A stretch of 64,000 bases of DNA from Candidatus Moraniibacteriota bacterium (GCA_037201605.1 JBBCGM010000001.1:67310-131309), one strand, 5' to 3'; positions 49,322-62,045 are shown, counted from the first letter of the stretch. Notes: generated from the letters alone by a model not told the origin. Numbers and translations are program-made.

Positions 49322-49900
49322 TCAATAGAAGAGCGAGACGATAGAAAAGATAAGAAAAAGCATAAGCGCTCCCCCGAAAAGAATCCAGGGCCGCCTCCCG
49401 CGGAGCAAATGCGTCTTATATCTCTTTTCCCGAAGCGATGCCCTGAGAGCCGATCTAAGAATAGCCGCTCTTTCCTCGTCAGAAAGATTTCGATTTTCTA
49501 TGATCTCCCGATAGACATCGCCAAGCTGGAGAGCAGCGAGGCTGCTTGCCAGATCTTGCGAGACGCGTACGCCGAATTGTTTGGCATTTTCGACTATTTG
49601 AGACAGGTTGATATAAGGAGCCAGAAAATTCTTTTCCAGATAATTACTGGCCGCTGCAACGCCATTTTCTTTGGCATAGCTGGTAAGCCAGAGCAAATGC
49701 TTCAGACGCAAATCACGAGGACCAAAGGCTTCTGTTTTGGCTACCGCGACTCTCGAAAGCAATCGGAGCCAGGCCTTTCGCTGGGCAGCGTCGAGAGAAT
49801 CAAAGACTTCTTGGAGAATTGGGAGGGCTTCCGGAGATTCCTTGACTACAGCTGTCTGGAGAGACAGCCAGAGCTCCCTGCTGAGAGAACCAAACTGCAT
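49322..49900 (-). CDS. hypothetical protein with C-terminal TM anchor
   Basis: 192 aa. Confidence 0.35.
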   Translation of the reverse strand: MQFGSLSRELWLSLQTAVVKESPEALPILQEVFDSLDAAQRKAWLRLLSRVAVAKTEAFGPRDLRLKHLLWLTSYAKENGVAAASNYLEKNFLAPYINLSQIVENAKQFGVRVSQDLASSLAALQLGDVYREIIENRNLSDEERAAILRSALRASLREKRYKTHLLRGRRPWILFGGALMLFLIFSIVSLFY

Positions 49901-50069
49901 GGCTTTTCTCCTTCAAACTAGGATTGTTAAAATACCACTTTCCTCAAGGATATCAGAGGAAACATGATATTGAAGTATAAAAATGACTTTTTGTCAAATA
50001 TATTCTAAGGGTAAATAAAACGGCGCCGATGGAAAGATTTCCACTGACGCCGTTAGGAGTTTCTCCGTG

Positions 50070-50503
50070 TTAGGAGGAAAATTTGAGCGCGATACGCTGA
50101 GGCTCGATCTTGCGATCCTGCTCCTCGGGCCCAAAAGCCCAGGAAAGGACCACGCAGCCGTCCTCAGTCACTCGCACACGTTGCCTGGTCGGCGAACTGC
50201 CATTGAGCCTCACCCATTTATTGATAGGGAAGGCGCCGCCATCGATAACAGCATTGGCTTCCGGCACCTCGACCCAGTATTCTCCGGGCGCCGAATGTCA
50301 CAGATAACCTGGGTCGATAGCTGGTTAACTTGGACGGAGACCGTCTTCTGATAACCGACGCCACCAAAGAGGCCATGCTCTTCACTCTCTTCCGAGAGCT
50401 GCACGAGAAGCAGACGTTCCTTGACAGTAAGCGTGCCTTGGGCTGCTTTTTCGAGAAGCGGTTTGACTTCACGAACGCGTTCATACCACAGCCTACTCCT
50501 CAT
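50070..50503 (-). pseudogene. truncated, frame-broken paralog of the C-terminal domain of the 48193..49290 protein
   Basis: WVRLNGSSPTRQRVRVTEDGCVVLSWAFGPEEQDRKIEPQRIALKFSS vs WARLNGHLTTEKVRVAEDGCVILSWAFGPRDQGRKIEPQKMAFKFSS; flanking DNA about 80% identical. Confidence 0.4.
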
Positions 50504-52090
50504 CTTCGAGAATATTTCCCTCGGTGACGCGCTCCACTTCAGAGAGCGTAGTGGTTCCTAAAAGCACTTTCATCAAACCATCCTGTTTCATAAGCGCCAT
50601 GCCCTGCTCTTTCGCAGCGGCTCTCACCTCGCTCTCACTCCCCTTCTTATCGGAAATAATAGACTGCATCTTATCATCAATATCAAGCACTTCGTAAATG
50701 GCGACGCGGCCCTTATACCCGGTATTGCCGCATTCATCGCAGCCTTTGCCGTGGTAGGCTACCATTTCCTGGCCGGGCTTGAGACCGAAAGATTCTATTT
50801 CTTCTGGGGCAATGGCGTCGAAAATTTCATGCATCCTGCGCTTCTGCTCTTCCGAAATATTTTCGGGCTCCTTGCAGTGCTCGCAAATGCGGCGCACGAG
50901 CCGCTGGCCGGCCACTGCTTCTAGCGAAGAAGCGAGTAGGAAAGGTTCAATGCCCATATCAATAAGGCGCGGTACGGCCCCGATAGCATCGTTTGTATGG
51001 AGTGTCGAAAGCACCAGGTGGCCGGTGAGCGCGGCATGGATAGCCAGTTCTGCCGTCTCGCCGTCGCGGATTTCACCCACCATGATAACGTTCGGGGTCC
51101 TGGCGGAGGATGGAAACGCAAGCCGCTCGCAAAGGTGTATCCGATTTCCGGGTCGGATCTGGCTTTGATTGATGCCTTCTACGAAATACTCCACCGGATC
51201 TTCCAGAGTAATGATGTTGCGCTCTTCTTTATTGAGGATTTGCAGGAAAGCATAGAGGGTCGTGGACTTACCGCTTCCCGTAGGACCGGTAATAAGGATA
51301 ATGCCGAAAGGCTCGCGGATTTTGCGCTCCAAGATCTTGCGGCTCCGGCCGAAGAGGCCCAGCTTCGTGAGGTCGGAAATATTTGGCGCTTTTGTCGAGC
51401 ACGCGCATAACGATCTTTTCCCCTTCCATGACCGGCAAACTGGAAATACGGAGGTCAACCGCTACCCCCTTATCTGTTTCAAAACGGATGCGGCCGTCTT
51501 GCGGTTTCCGCTTTTCGTCGATTTTGAGATTCGAGAGAATTTTGATGCGGGAAATCACCGCCCCGCCCGACCTCTTCCGGGAAAACCAACTCTGCGCGCA
51601 AAATACCGTCGATACGGAAGCGCACGCGATAGTTCTTCTCTATCGGCTCAATATGAATATCGCTCGCTCGCCCGTCCAAAGCGCGTTGCACGATGACGTC
51701 CACGAGCTTGGCAATCGGCGCATCTTGATAATTCTCCACTTGAAGCGCCCCTCCCTTTTTGCGCTCCGCTTCTGAAATATTTGTTGCTTCTTCTTTTTGA
51801 AGGGATTGGATAGCTTCTTTCAGGGCAGTATCCGTACCTCCGTACTGCTTGAAAATCTCATCGAGGACCCCCTGGTTCGTCAGGGTGATTTCAATGCCGA
51901 TCTGCTCTTTCTCAGCCAGAAATCGGAGCACATTGAGCGCCTCGAAGTTCTGGGGATTTAGCATGGCGATATAGAGCGTATCCCCAGTCCGCTTGTAAGG
52001 AGCCATGCTGTATTTTTTGGCAGCATCAAAAGAAACAAGGGCGAGGAGTCCCTTGTCGAAGTCCTTAGGCAGGCTTCCTAAGTATTCCAA
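50493..52090 (-). CDS. pilB: type IV pilus assembly / type II secretion ATPase (PilB/GspE family), three frame-broken pieces
   Basis: [17 protein letters not shown] Walker A, C-terminal CxxC...CxxC zinc motif, N-terminal GspE N1-like domain in 51479..52090. Confidence 0.7.
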
Positions 52091-52448
52091 AACCGAGCCA
52101 GTTTAGCTTTGGCTTCAACAGATGCCTTGTCTGGAACGATCGGATCTACCTTTTGGGGTGCAGCAGCTACAGAAGTTTTTTTTTTCGCGAGCCATGATTT
52201 CTTCTTCTCTTTCAAGTCCTTGGATGCCTATTTACTGCCCTTCCCGCTATGAAGTTTGGAAACGACGGTAGCAGGAGAGAGCTTCTTACTGAAAAGGATT
52301 CGGTTTGCCCGCTTGCACCGGAACCAGGGCCGGGACAGCAGAAACATTGCCTCCCGCAAGCAGACTTTCAGCGAAACTGAGGTCGAGGGTTGAACTGTTA
52401 AAGACCGGTGAGGAGAGAGCTGATACCCCTGTTTGTTTTGGGAGGTAT

Positions 52449-52829
52449 TCAAACACCGCATCGAAAGATGCTTCGAGGAGGCCCGGTTTCTCCTTCAGCT
52501 ACCTGGATGTTTTCCCCTATAGAGAAAGTCTTTTGATCATGCAGACGATCCATCGTCCCCAAGCGCCCCAAGAAAGCCTTGAGATTGTTGTAATCGCCCA
52601 CAGCCGTCACTTTTGCCTGGTACATTTTGGGCTTAGAAGGGGCTGCGGTGGGGAGTACTGAGGGTATCTGAACACTCGGATCAACCGGCGGACCTTGAGT
52701 TGCTACCGAGGTGAGCGGGCGCTGGCTGATCAAGTAGAGCTCCTCTTGCTGCTCCTCGACAAGATTGATCGTCATTTCTTTGACGCTCACACCGGATTGA
52801 GAAGCTAAAAAGTTGAATGCATCAATCAC
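52449..52829 (-). CDS. PilO-like pilus assembly protein (tentative)
   Basis: position in the pilMNO cluster; composition. Confidence 0.3.
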   Translation of the reverse strand: MIDAFNFLASQSGVSVKEMTINLVEEQQEELYLISQRPLTSVATQGPPVDPSVQIPSVLPTAAPSKPKMYQAKVTAVGDYNNLKAFLGRLGTMDRLHDQKTFSIGENIQVAEGETGPPRSIFRCGV

Positions 52830-53242
52830 AGCGTCCTTGGTCGAGATCGGTAGGATAGTAACGATTGATAAAGTCTTCTTTGTCGCGATTCTGATCGAGA
52901 AAGCTGTTGAGCGACTGGATGTTTTGCTTGACGCTCTCTATATTGGCAGCCCTCTTCTTCTTTCTGGGTCACGCGCAGCATACTGTGCCCGTAGGGAATC
53001 GTAATCGGGCTTGATAAGCCCTATAACCATCACGACACACGTGACAATAAGGAGGGGAACGACGAGGAGCTTGAGACTCATATTTTTGTATTAGTTGGCA
53101 GCAGGTTCCGTCCCATGCCTCTGCAAATGAGGCGATGAGCGTAAATTGGATCGTATTGCTTTCTGTATTTGAAATACTATCCACTCGCAAATCCATAAGA
53201 GCGCTGTCCGCCTTGTAATTGAGAATTTGCTGTGCCAGATTC

Positions 53243-53650
53243 TTATAATTGTCCCGTTATGCCCGAGATCTTGGCTTCTTTTTTTGAGTAGTCAAACGTG
53301 TACTCAGTCAGACGCACGCTCGGCAGCGTAAGACGCTCTAAGCGCGTGAATGCATCATTCATCACTACGGATTGACCCTCATAATCAGCCATGGCACGAG
53401 CACGCGTATCAATGCTCGCCACTCGATCTACTCCCTCTCCCTGAAGAACTGACTGAGAGGCTGTAACCTGGGCCTGAAGATCAGTCATCTGTTGATCTAC
53501 ACGATAAAGGAGTAGGCGAATCCCTCCGCCCCAGACAACCACTACCAGAATGGTCAAGCCCACCACAAAGACAAAACTGCGGTCAAAGAAACCGCGAGAC
53601 CCTTTCGGTTTTTCAGTTCCCAAAGTCTGGGAAAGATTGAGACCAGGCAT
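53243..53650 (-). CDS. PilN-like protein (TM plus coiled coil)
   Basis: N-terminal TM FVFVVGLTILVVVVW then coiled coil; downstream of pilM. Confidence 0.35.
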   Translation of the reverse strand: MPGLNLSQTLGTEKPKGSRGFFDRSFVFVVGLTILVVVVWGGGIRLLLYRVDQQMTDLQAQVTASQSVLQGEGVDRVASIDTRARAMADYEGQSVVMNDAFTRLERLTLPSVRLTEYTFDYSKKEAKISGITGQL

Positions 53651-53729
53651 GAATTTTTTTGTTTTTAGAGGTTACCCTTAGTATACACCTATATCTTTTT
53701 GTTGAGGAGTTCTTTGAGGGAATGGCGCT

Positions 53730-54895
53730 TTACGACTTCTGCGTTAGCCTTCGGTTTCTCGGTACCGAAAGAGCCAAACCCAAGGCTACGGAAAATGATG
53801 TACCGAGAGACTGAATGTCGGCGGCATATTTTGGCGGCACCACTACGTGTTCCCAGGGGTTACCGATACGTGCGGGCACCCCCATCTCGTTTTGAGCATA
53901 CTGGACCAAGCCCGTCAGACTTGCCGTGCCGCCTGAAAGCACCAGATCCTGCAGGTCGCCTCGGGATGCTTTTCACGGTAACCTGTCGAGCATGCGCCCT
54001 GGCTTCACCGAAAATAGTATTCAGGGAAGGGAAAATGGTGGCCGATTCGGGACTATTGAGAAAGTCTTTCGTACTCTTCTTGAGCGCCTCGGCCCGATCC
54101 TGAGCGATACTCTGGCTTTCCATGATCGTACGCGTCAAATCCTTGCCGCCGGTATCGACGTTGCGGCTTACTTTGACAATGCCCTCTTCTGCCAGTACCA
54201 GATTGGTCGCGCGCGATCCGATATCAATGAGGAGTACCAGTCCCGACTCCTGGCCGATCAGCGAACGAACCATGGAAAATGTTTCCAGCTCCAGAAAATC
54301 AAGCTTCAGATGCACAGCTTCGATATACTGCTGATAACGCAATACTTCTTTTTTCAGGGCGGCTACCGCTAGCACTTCCAGCTTCTGCTTCTCTCCTTCG
54401 CCTCGCGTACCAACCACTGCCAGCTCAGGGAAACATCATCGAGAGAAGAAGGGATAAAGCGGTGCGCTTCAAACTGAATGGCTTCGGCAAGTTCCGTCTC
54501 GCTCATCACCGGCAATTCAATAAGGAGAGGAGACCATAAAAGCAGGCATAGCAACATATGCCGAGTCCCGACCGCGGCTGGAGACGAGTCAAAAGAGCCC
54601 GCAAATACAGCGTGAGCTCGTCGTCATACGAACGAGAGGAGTTGGCAGCATTCTTTTCGAGAAGCGAGAGGTCGATCTGGCCGTAATTCAAGAGCTCAAT
54701 CTGATCATTGCGCAAACCGAGCTCTACCGCCTTGATCGAGGAGGTACCGAAATCAATGCCGAGAAAGGTCTTTTGGGAAAAACCGAACATGAGTGTCTTG
54801 TGTATTGTTTTTTTGCTATTCTTAAAATACCATATTTTCCGGCCGACGAATACCATAAAATGAGGATGCTGCGTAGCCACCAGGATGATTGACAT
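53730..54895 (-). CDS. pilM: type IV pilus assembly protein PilM (actin-like ATPase), three pieces
   Basis: FLGIDFGTSSIKAVEL; VLLIDIGSRATNLVL; LSGGTASLTGLVQYAQNEMGVPARIGNPW. Confidence 0.6.
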
Positions 54896-57346
54896 CAGGT
54901 CGAAAAAAAAATAAACTGGAGTATGCTTTTCACTCTATGTCCAAAGACTCATCCTTCATCCAAAAGCTGACCTTCCATGCTCGTCACAGCATGAAAGAGG
55001 CGCGCGATATCGCGCGCTACACGCGTAGTGATATTCTTCAGCCGGAACACCTGCTCCTCGCCATCTTTCTGGAAGGCGGGAGTTTGGGGAACAACCTCCT
55101 GCAGAGCATGGGTTTCGAGAAAGAGAAACTCGCGACGCTGTGCCTGAGTAAGAAGAGCGAGGGCGAGGCTCTGCCCAAAAGCACGCCCATCACCCTCCTC
55201 CAAGGGTGTTCGCGCACTCCTGCGGCGGGCCTTTGCGATCGCCCGAGAATTCCACTTCCCCTACGTCGGCACCGAGCACCTCGTCTATGCGCTCATCGAG
55301 ATTGAAGATGAACGTTTGGATGATATCTTTCTCTCGCTCGAGATAGACGAAAAGAAGATCGAGGCAGCCCTCGCTTCCAATATGCAATTCGACCACTTTC
55401 CCCAACTCGCCCGTATGTTCGATTTTCCCCCAGAAAACCAGAGCGAAACCAAGACGAAGCGGACACCGCTTGCAGCGCTCTCCCAATATGCCGAGGAAAT
55501 GACGGGTGACCGGCACGCTCATGCCAAACTCCTCTCGGGCAGGGATGCGGAACTGGGCCGCATGATCCAAATCCTCCTCCGCAAAGAAAAAGCAATCCCC
55601 TGCTTATCGGGCGAACCAGGCGTCGGCAAAACGGCGCTGGTGAGCCGCCTGGCCGAAGAAATTCGCGGCGGCAATGTACCAGAAGAGCTGGTCGGCAAGC
55701 GCATCTTTCCCTCGATCTGGCGCTCGTCGTAGCAGGTACGAACCTTTCGCGGAGAATTCGAGGCGCGCCTCAAGGAAATCCTGCGCGAAGCCAAAGCCAA
55801 CCCCGATGTCATCCTCTTTATAGACGAAATCCATACTCTGGTCGGGGCCGGCAATACCTCCGGCGGGCTGGATGCCGCCAATATCCTCAAGCCGTCCCTG
55901 GCGCGCGGCGACATCCAAACCATCGGTGCCACTACGCTCACGGAATACAAGCGCCACATCGAAAAAGATCCCGCGCTGGAACGCCGTTTCCAGAGCATTT
56001 TCGTAGATGAACCGACTCCCAAACTGGCCAAAGCGATGCTGCGGCATGCCAAAAAGAATTACGTAAGATTATCATCGGGTTATTTTTAACGACGCGCTGG
56101 CCGACAAAGCCGTTGATCTGGCGGTGCGCCACATGCCGGAACGCTTTCTGCCCGACAAGGCCTTTGATATCCTCGACGAAGCAGCCGCCCTTGCCAAACA
56201 GGGTGCCGCCAAATCCAACCAGCTCAGCCCTCAAACGCATTCGGCTGCGCCGGCAGCTCAAGGAGCTGGATGCGAGCAAAGAGGCTTCGATTGACGAGGA
56301 GGCCTATGATGATGCGGCGCGCTACAAAGAAGCCGGCGACCGTATCGGCCGTTTGCTGGATCAGCTGGAACAAGGCGGCGATATTCCGGAAGCAAGCGTA
56401 CAGGTAGAGGGAACATCACCTTCTGACGACGCTTCTCTCGGCTGACTGGCATCCCGGAAAGCAAGCTCCAGAACGAGCAGCCCCAAGTGCGCCTCAAAAA
56501 GCTCGTGGGTACGCTCCGGAAAAGAATCATCGGACAAAAAGAAGCAGTGGAAGCGCTCGAACAGGTCTTGTTGCGCTCGCTGTCGAACATCCATGATCCG
56601 GCCCGGCCCATGGCTTCGCTCCTCTTTCTCGGACCTACGGGCGTGGGCAAAACGCTCGTCGCAAAAGTACTGGCCGAGGAATTTTTCAACGACCCGAAAG
56701 CCCTCATCCGTTTGGATATGAGCGAATTTATGGAACGCCACAGCACCGCCCAAATGATCGGCGCGCCAGCCGGCTACGTCGGCTATGGCGAGGGCGGCAA
56801 ACTGACCGAACAAGTGCGCCGCCGGCCCCACAGCGTCATCCTCTTCGATGAAATCGAGAAGGCTCATCCGGATGTTTTCAACATCCTCCTGCAGATCCTC
56901 GACGAAGGCAAATTGACCGATGCCGAAGGGAGAGCGTGAGTTTTCAGAATACCTTCATTATTCTGACCTCCAATATCGGCTCGGAGATTTTCGGACGCGA
57001 ACAGGGACTGGGGTTTGAAAAGGCGACCCGCGGACTGAGCGAAAAAAAGCGCCAAGCCGTACTTTCCGAACTTAAGAAGATGCTCCGGCCCGAACTTCTC
57101 GGCCGCATTGAACACGTGCTCATGTTTGAGCCCCTCAGCCTCGCTGCGCTCCGACGGATTGCCAAACTCGAACTCGAGGCTCTGGCCCGCCGCCTCAAAG
57201 AACGCTCAGTAACTCTTTCGATTGACCCCTCTGCCATTGCCCTCGTTTCTCAAAAGAGCACTTCGCCGGAACAGGGCGCGCGCCTGATACGAAAAATAAT
57301 CCAGGGAAAAAGCCGAGCGTGCTATTGCTCAAGCTCTTCTGCATGA
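54889..57346 (+). CDS. ClpB/ClpC-family AAA+ chaperone, at least 5 frame-broken pieces
   Basis: Clp_N repeat; AAA-1 GEPGVGKTA; [14 protein letters not shown]; AAA-2 [18 protein letters not shown] ... [24 protein letters not shown]; C-terminal small domain. Confidence 0.7.
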
Positions 57347-57378
57347 AGACGCTTCTGAAGGAGAGCCTCTTATCCTGA

Positions 57379-58107
57379 GTGCTAAAAAAGACACGCTCGT
57401 GTGCCTGCCCTTACCCGCTTCAAAATAGCAAGTCAGACGCTCAAAGACTTCCTGGCCGACAGTCTTTTCCCTCGTACCTGTTTTCGGCTGCGGACAGATT
57501 GACGCTTGGCTGTGTCCCAACTGCCTCGCCAGAATTCCTCTCTTACTCTCTTTTCAGAGGACTTTACCAAGAACCAGGCTTAAAAGCACTCGATGGCCTG
57601 ATGGCAGCTAGACAATTACCGTCTGCCCATTATCGAAAAATTGATCCGCACTCTAAAGTATCGCTTTCTTACGGACGCAGCCGAACCGCTGGCGACTCTG
57701 CTGGCAGGAGCCTTACTCAGAGGCTCGCTTCCCCTGCCAGACCTTATCATTCCCGTACCGCTCCATCCGCGCCGTTTGCGCTTTCGCGGCTTCAATCAGT
57801 CGCTCTCTTCTTGCAATCTGCTCGCCGAAAAAATCGTTCCGGGAAATACTCTCTTGGAACCGCAGCATCTGCTCGTGCGCACGCGTTTTTACGCTCCCAC
57901 AAATGCGCACGCGTTTCTCGAGCAGAGCGCACCAGAAATCTGGTGGGGTGCTTTTCACTCGCTCCCGAGGCAGGGGCAAAAATCCGAGGCAAACGCATCT
58001 GGCTCGTGGATGACGTCGCTACGACAGGCGCAACTCTGGAAAACGCTGCGCTCGCGCTCAAGGTAGCCGGGGCTAAAAAGGTCTACGGCATTGTCGTGGC
58101 GCGCTAA
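57379..58107 (+). CDS. comF: ComF-like phosphoribosyltransferase-domain protein (frame break)
   Basis: IIPVPLHPRRLRFRGFNQS in the alternative frame 57641..; C-terminal KRIWLVDDVATTGATLE PRTase motif. Confidence 0.55.
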   Translation: MLKKTRSCACPYPLQNSKSDAQRLPGRQSFPSYLFSAADRLTLGCVPTASPEFLSYSLFRGLYQEPGLKALDGLMAARQLPSAHYRKIDPHSKVSLSYGRSRTAGDSAGRSLTQRLASPARPYHSRTAPSAPFALSRLQSVALFLQSARRKNRSGKYSLGTAASARAHAFLRSHKCARVSRAERTRNLVGCFSLAPEAGAKIRGKRIWLVDDVATTGATLENAALALKVAGAKKVYGIVVAR

Positions 58108-58777
58108 GTAAAAATCCCCCGGAAGCGTCATGCGTCTCCGGGGATTTCAAGGCTGAAAAGAAGAAGGGGCCGCTCCCAAGCATTGGAAAACTTGATCGCC
58201 CGGATCAAAGCGTCCGTGTTCGTGACTCCAGGCACTCAAGTCCCAGACTGTGCGTGGTGTATCAAAGTACACGAAAAGCATGCATCCGCCGTCCAAACCC
58301 TGGAAAGGAAAAAGATTACCGTGGTTCTCTTGCATGGCCAATGGGATGAGACTCACCTGCCAAAGCCGATGCAACCCAGTAAGCAATGTCTTCAAAGGGC
58401 GTAAGGCTCCCGACGGGCAAGCTCAGCGTTTATGGCAGCATTATCCCCGTAGTCCCTCTCAGTTCGGAAACCGCATAGCGGCGCGCGGGCACCGATACGA
58501 GAGGCTGCAACATGGGCAACACTACCTGATTAAACGAGTCCCACAAAGCAATGCCCTGAGAGTTTCGCAAAGGCGCGCGGATCAAACGCTCCGCGCTCAG
58601 GCAGAAAGGTGCTTCTAATGGGTAAGAGAGGGGCTGACTCCCAACGGTCATGAGATTTCTCCTTGGTAAAGAGCCTTGTGTTCCCGAGACGTACCCGAAT
58701 AGCCGCAGTATACACCCTTCCCTAAAATCTTGATTTTGGGCTTACGGATGCTATCCTGGCAACCGTATCGTATTTCT

Positions 58778-58868
58778 GGAGAGGTGGGTGAGTTGGTTGA
58801 AACCACCCACACTGCTAACGTGGCAAGGGTAAAACCCTTCGAGGGTTCGAATCCCTCCCTCTCCGCCA
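58778..58868 (+). tRNA. tRNA-Ser (anticodon GCU), type II with long variable arm, CCA encoded
   Basis: GGAGAGG acceptor, anticodon loop CTGCTAA, variable arm CAAGGGTAAAACCCTTCG, T-arm GAGGG-TTCGAAT-CCCTC. Confidence 0.7.
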
Positions 58869-59906
58869 TCAACCTCACTTATTGGGCATGACTGCTGTTT
58901 CTTAATTTGCTACACTTCTGTTGTTACCCCTAAACGGAATTTATGAGAAAAGAGCCGTTCATGCCGTTTGATTCTTCGACCGAACGGGCAGGCCGTGAGG
59001 CCGAGGATGTGGCAAGTGGCGCCTTTCACAACGAAAATCTTTACGACCAAAACGAGGACAACCATGGCGAGAAAATTGACCTGGGGACTGGCAAACCTTT
59101 TGATAATTCTACTTTTCTCGCTACCGATGAACCAGAGCTAACGGTTATCAAAGAAGAAGAGCTTCCGAAAAGCCACGAAGATGAAATGGGAGATGATCCC
59201 GCTGCCAAATGGCTGCAGGAAAACGATCCCGAATGGAAAAAGACTGCTTGAAGCCACAGGCTGGAAAAGAAAAAGCTCCGGGAAAACCGGAGCTTTTATG
59301 TAGGTAAGACCGGAGGGTCTTAGACTACCGGAGACGGAGTCGAGCTGCCCTCGCTCACACCAAAACCGATGTAAAGGAAGACGAGCGCAAGGACCACATG
59401 AAGCAGATTGTCTGCCATGTTCACCTCGATGAGACCGAGGATCGGGCTCGGGAGGATAAAGCCGAGCACGGCTACCAAGCCATACACGATACCGAACACC
59501 TGGCAAAAGTGCGGTCGCTTTGGCTCCCATAGCAACGGCCCCAAGCGCCAAGATACCCGAAAGGATGTGGGACCAGATTGTGCAGGCCGTTGACGGCAAA
59601 AATGCGAGAATCGGGTTATTGACAAATCCCAAAACGCCTATAGCGAGAAAGACGACACCGAGAATAGTGACAATTGTCTTAGCCCATAACATTATTGTTA
59701 AAATGGATAATTTAGGACAGCTGCATCGACCGCTTTTTATAAGGCCAACCGCCCTCGAATGTACTTTGTTGGACAATCATCCCGAAAAAACGCCGGGTTG
59801 ACTGTGCTCTCAGTCTAATCCTTTCAGAGAGGGCTTTCAATATCTTGTCAAGATGAAAAGAAAAAACCCTCCATGAAGGAGGGTCCTTTTCGTCTCTGGG
59901 AAACGC

Positions 59907-60197
59907 TTACCAGCGGGAAGCGCCCCGGTCGTCACCACCCTGGCGGGGCTCCATCGGGCGAGCCTCGTTCACGGTCAGCGTGCGACCATCGAGTTCCTTT
60001 CCGTTCCAGAGTTCGATAGCCTTTTGAGCCTCTTCGTCTGTCGCCATTTCGACAAAGCCGAAACCGCGGGAACGGTTAGTCATGCGATCCATGATGACCT
60101 TGGCGGAAACAACGTTTCCAGCCTGGGCAAAAGCATCATGAAGACTTTGGTCGGTCGTCGCGTATGCGACACCGCCAACGTACAGTTTTGTTGCCAT
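59907..60197 (-). CDS. RRM-type RNA-binding protein
   Basis: RNP-2 LYVGGV and RNP-1 RGFGFVEM; C-terminal Gly/Arg-rich tail. Confidence 0.8.
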   Translation of the reverse strand: MATKLYVGGVAYATTDQSLHDAFAQAGNVVSAKVIMDRMTNRSRGFGFVEMATDEEAQKAIELWNGKELDGRTLTVNEARPMEPRQGGDDRGASRW

Positions 60198-60312
60198 ATC
60201 ATGCTAACTACACAAATTACCTGTAAGGCGACCTTTACTCACTCGTGGAACTCCAGAGCGAAACTTACATCGCTTGCATCCTAGCAGGGACAAAGCCTTT
60301 GGCAAGCCCTTT

Positions 60313-61090
60313 TTACCCTATGCCCCTCAAGCCCTGTCCGGTACGCACCAGCCACATGGTCGCTCCGAGTGCCAAGAGACAGGCTCCCACCAGGACGCTT
60401 ATGTTCCATACGATGCTGATATCCCCAATGCCTAGGAACCCGTAGCGGGAAACCATCCACCAGGTAGAGGATCGGGTGAAGAGCGAAACCTTCTGCCAGA
60501 AGGACGGCAGCATATCAACGGAGTAAAAGACACCGCCGAGATAGGTAAGCGGGGTCAAGACAAAGGTCGGGATGATAGAAATGGCGTCAAAACCCTTAGC
60601 ATAGATACCCGACATGAGGCCCAAGAGCGAAAAGAGCGTACTGGAAAGGGAAGATAAAGCCGAAAATGACCGCTAGGCTATGGACTGAGAGGTGGGTGAA
60701 AAAGAGTGAGATACCGAGCACCAGCGTCCCCGTGATGAGGCCGCGCAACACTCCCGCTTGTCACATATCCGGCCACGATAACAAAAGGGGTAACCGGAGA
60801 AACCAACAGTTCCTCAGCGAGCGCTGGAATTTGGCGGTAAAGACGGCAAAAGAGCTATTCATGAAAGAGCCGGTGATGACCGTCATCATGACGAGTCCCG
60901 GTACGATGAACTGCATATAGCTATAGCCGGAGATGTCGGAGACCTGGCTCCCGATGAACTGGCCGAACACCACATAATACAGCGTTGTCGTAATGGCCGG
61001 CGGCAAAAACGTCTGGCTCCAAATACGAAAGAGGCGCACCAATTCGGCACGCACGATAGTCAGATACGCTATCCACAGTTTCTGGTTCAT
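60313..61090 (-). CDS. ABC-2 type transporter permease (fragmented)
   Basis: multiple TM segments in 60313..60624 and 60761..61090. Confidence 0.45.
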
Positions 61091-61092
61091 AG

Positions 61093-61961
61093 TTTTTTCT
61101 CGGTCAAACTGACAAACAGTTCTTCTAGGCGGTTGGCTTTGTTGCGCATGCTTTTCACTCGGATACCCTTCTCGGCAAGCGTAGCTATGCGATCAGTCAG
61201 CGTCTCGCCCGTCGCCCAGGTCAATCTCGAGAGTGTCTCGATCTACCACGCGCGTCGTCGCGGCTCCAGGGCCCTGCAGCGCTTCAGGAGAAAGCGGGGC
61301 TGACAAGTCCAGAATAAAGGTTTCCCGATGCAGCTTGGCAAGCAGGTCTTTGACGAGACCCTGTTCCACGATATTGCCCGATCAATAATGGCGACTTCCC
61401 GGCAGAGCTGCTCGGCTTCTTCGAGATAATGAGTCGTCAGAATAATGGTCGTTCCGCTCTCGTTTTAGTTCGCGCAAAAATCCCCACATGCTGTGTCGGA
61501 GCTCGATGTCCACGCCGGCCGTGGGTTCGTCAAGAATAAGCAGTTTCGGATGATGGACGAGACCGCGGGCGATCATAAGTCTGCGCTTCATGCCCCCGGA
61601 AAGCGTTCGTGCTTGGGCGTCGCGCTTGTCCCAAAGACCGAGGCTGCCGCAGGTAGCCTTCGGAGCGCCGGATCGCCTCGCGACGCGGAATCCCGTAGTA
61701 GCCGGCTTGGTTCACCAGAATATTCTCTACCGTTTCGAAAATATTGAAGTTGAATTCCTGCGGCACCAGGCCGATCGTTGCCTTGGCAAGTGCCGTCTCG
61801 GTATCCAAATCGTGGCCCATAACGCTTACCTCGCCAGAGGTCTTGTTTACCAGGCCCGTCAGAATACCGATGATCGTTGTTTTGCCAGCGCCATTGGGTC
61901 CGAGCAGTCCGAAGAACTGTCCTTCTGATACGTTGAGACTCACACCCTTGAGCGCCTGCAC
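61093..61961 (-). CDS. ABC transporter ATP-binding protein (fragmented; 3' end approximate)
   Basis: Walker [13 protein letters not shown] in 61530..61961; signature and Walker [12 protein letters not shown] in 61382..61591. Confidence 0.6.
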
Positions 61962-62045
61962 CGCACCCTCGGGATAGGTCCTTGGTTAGATTTTTGATTT
62001 CCAGGATATTCATGTTCTGTTTTTTCTGCAAAAAGAGAGATTCTC

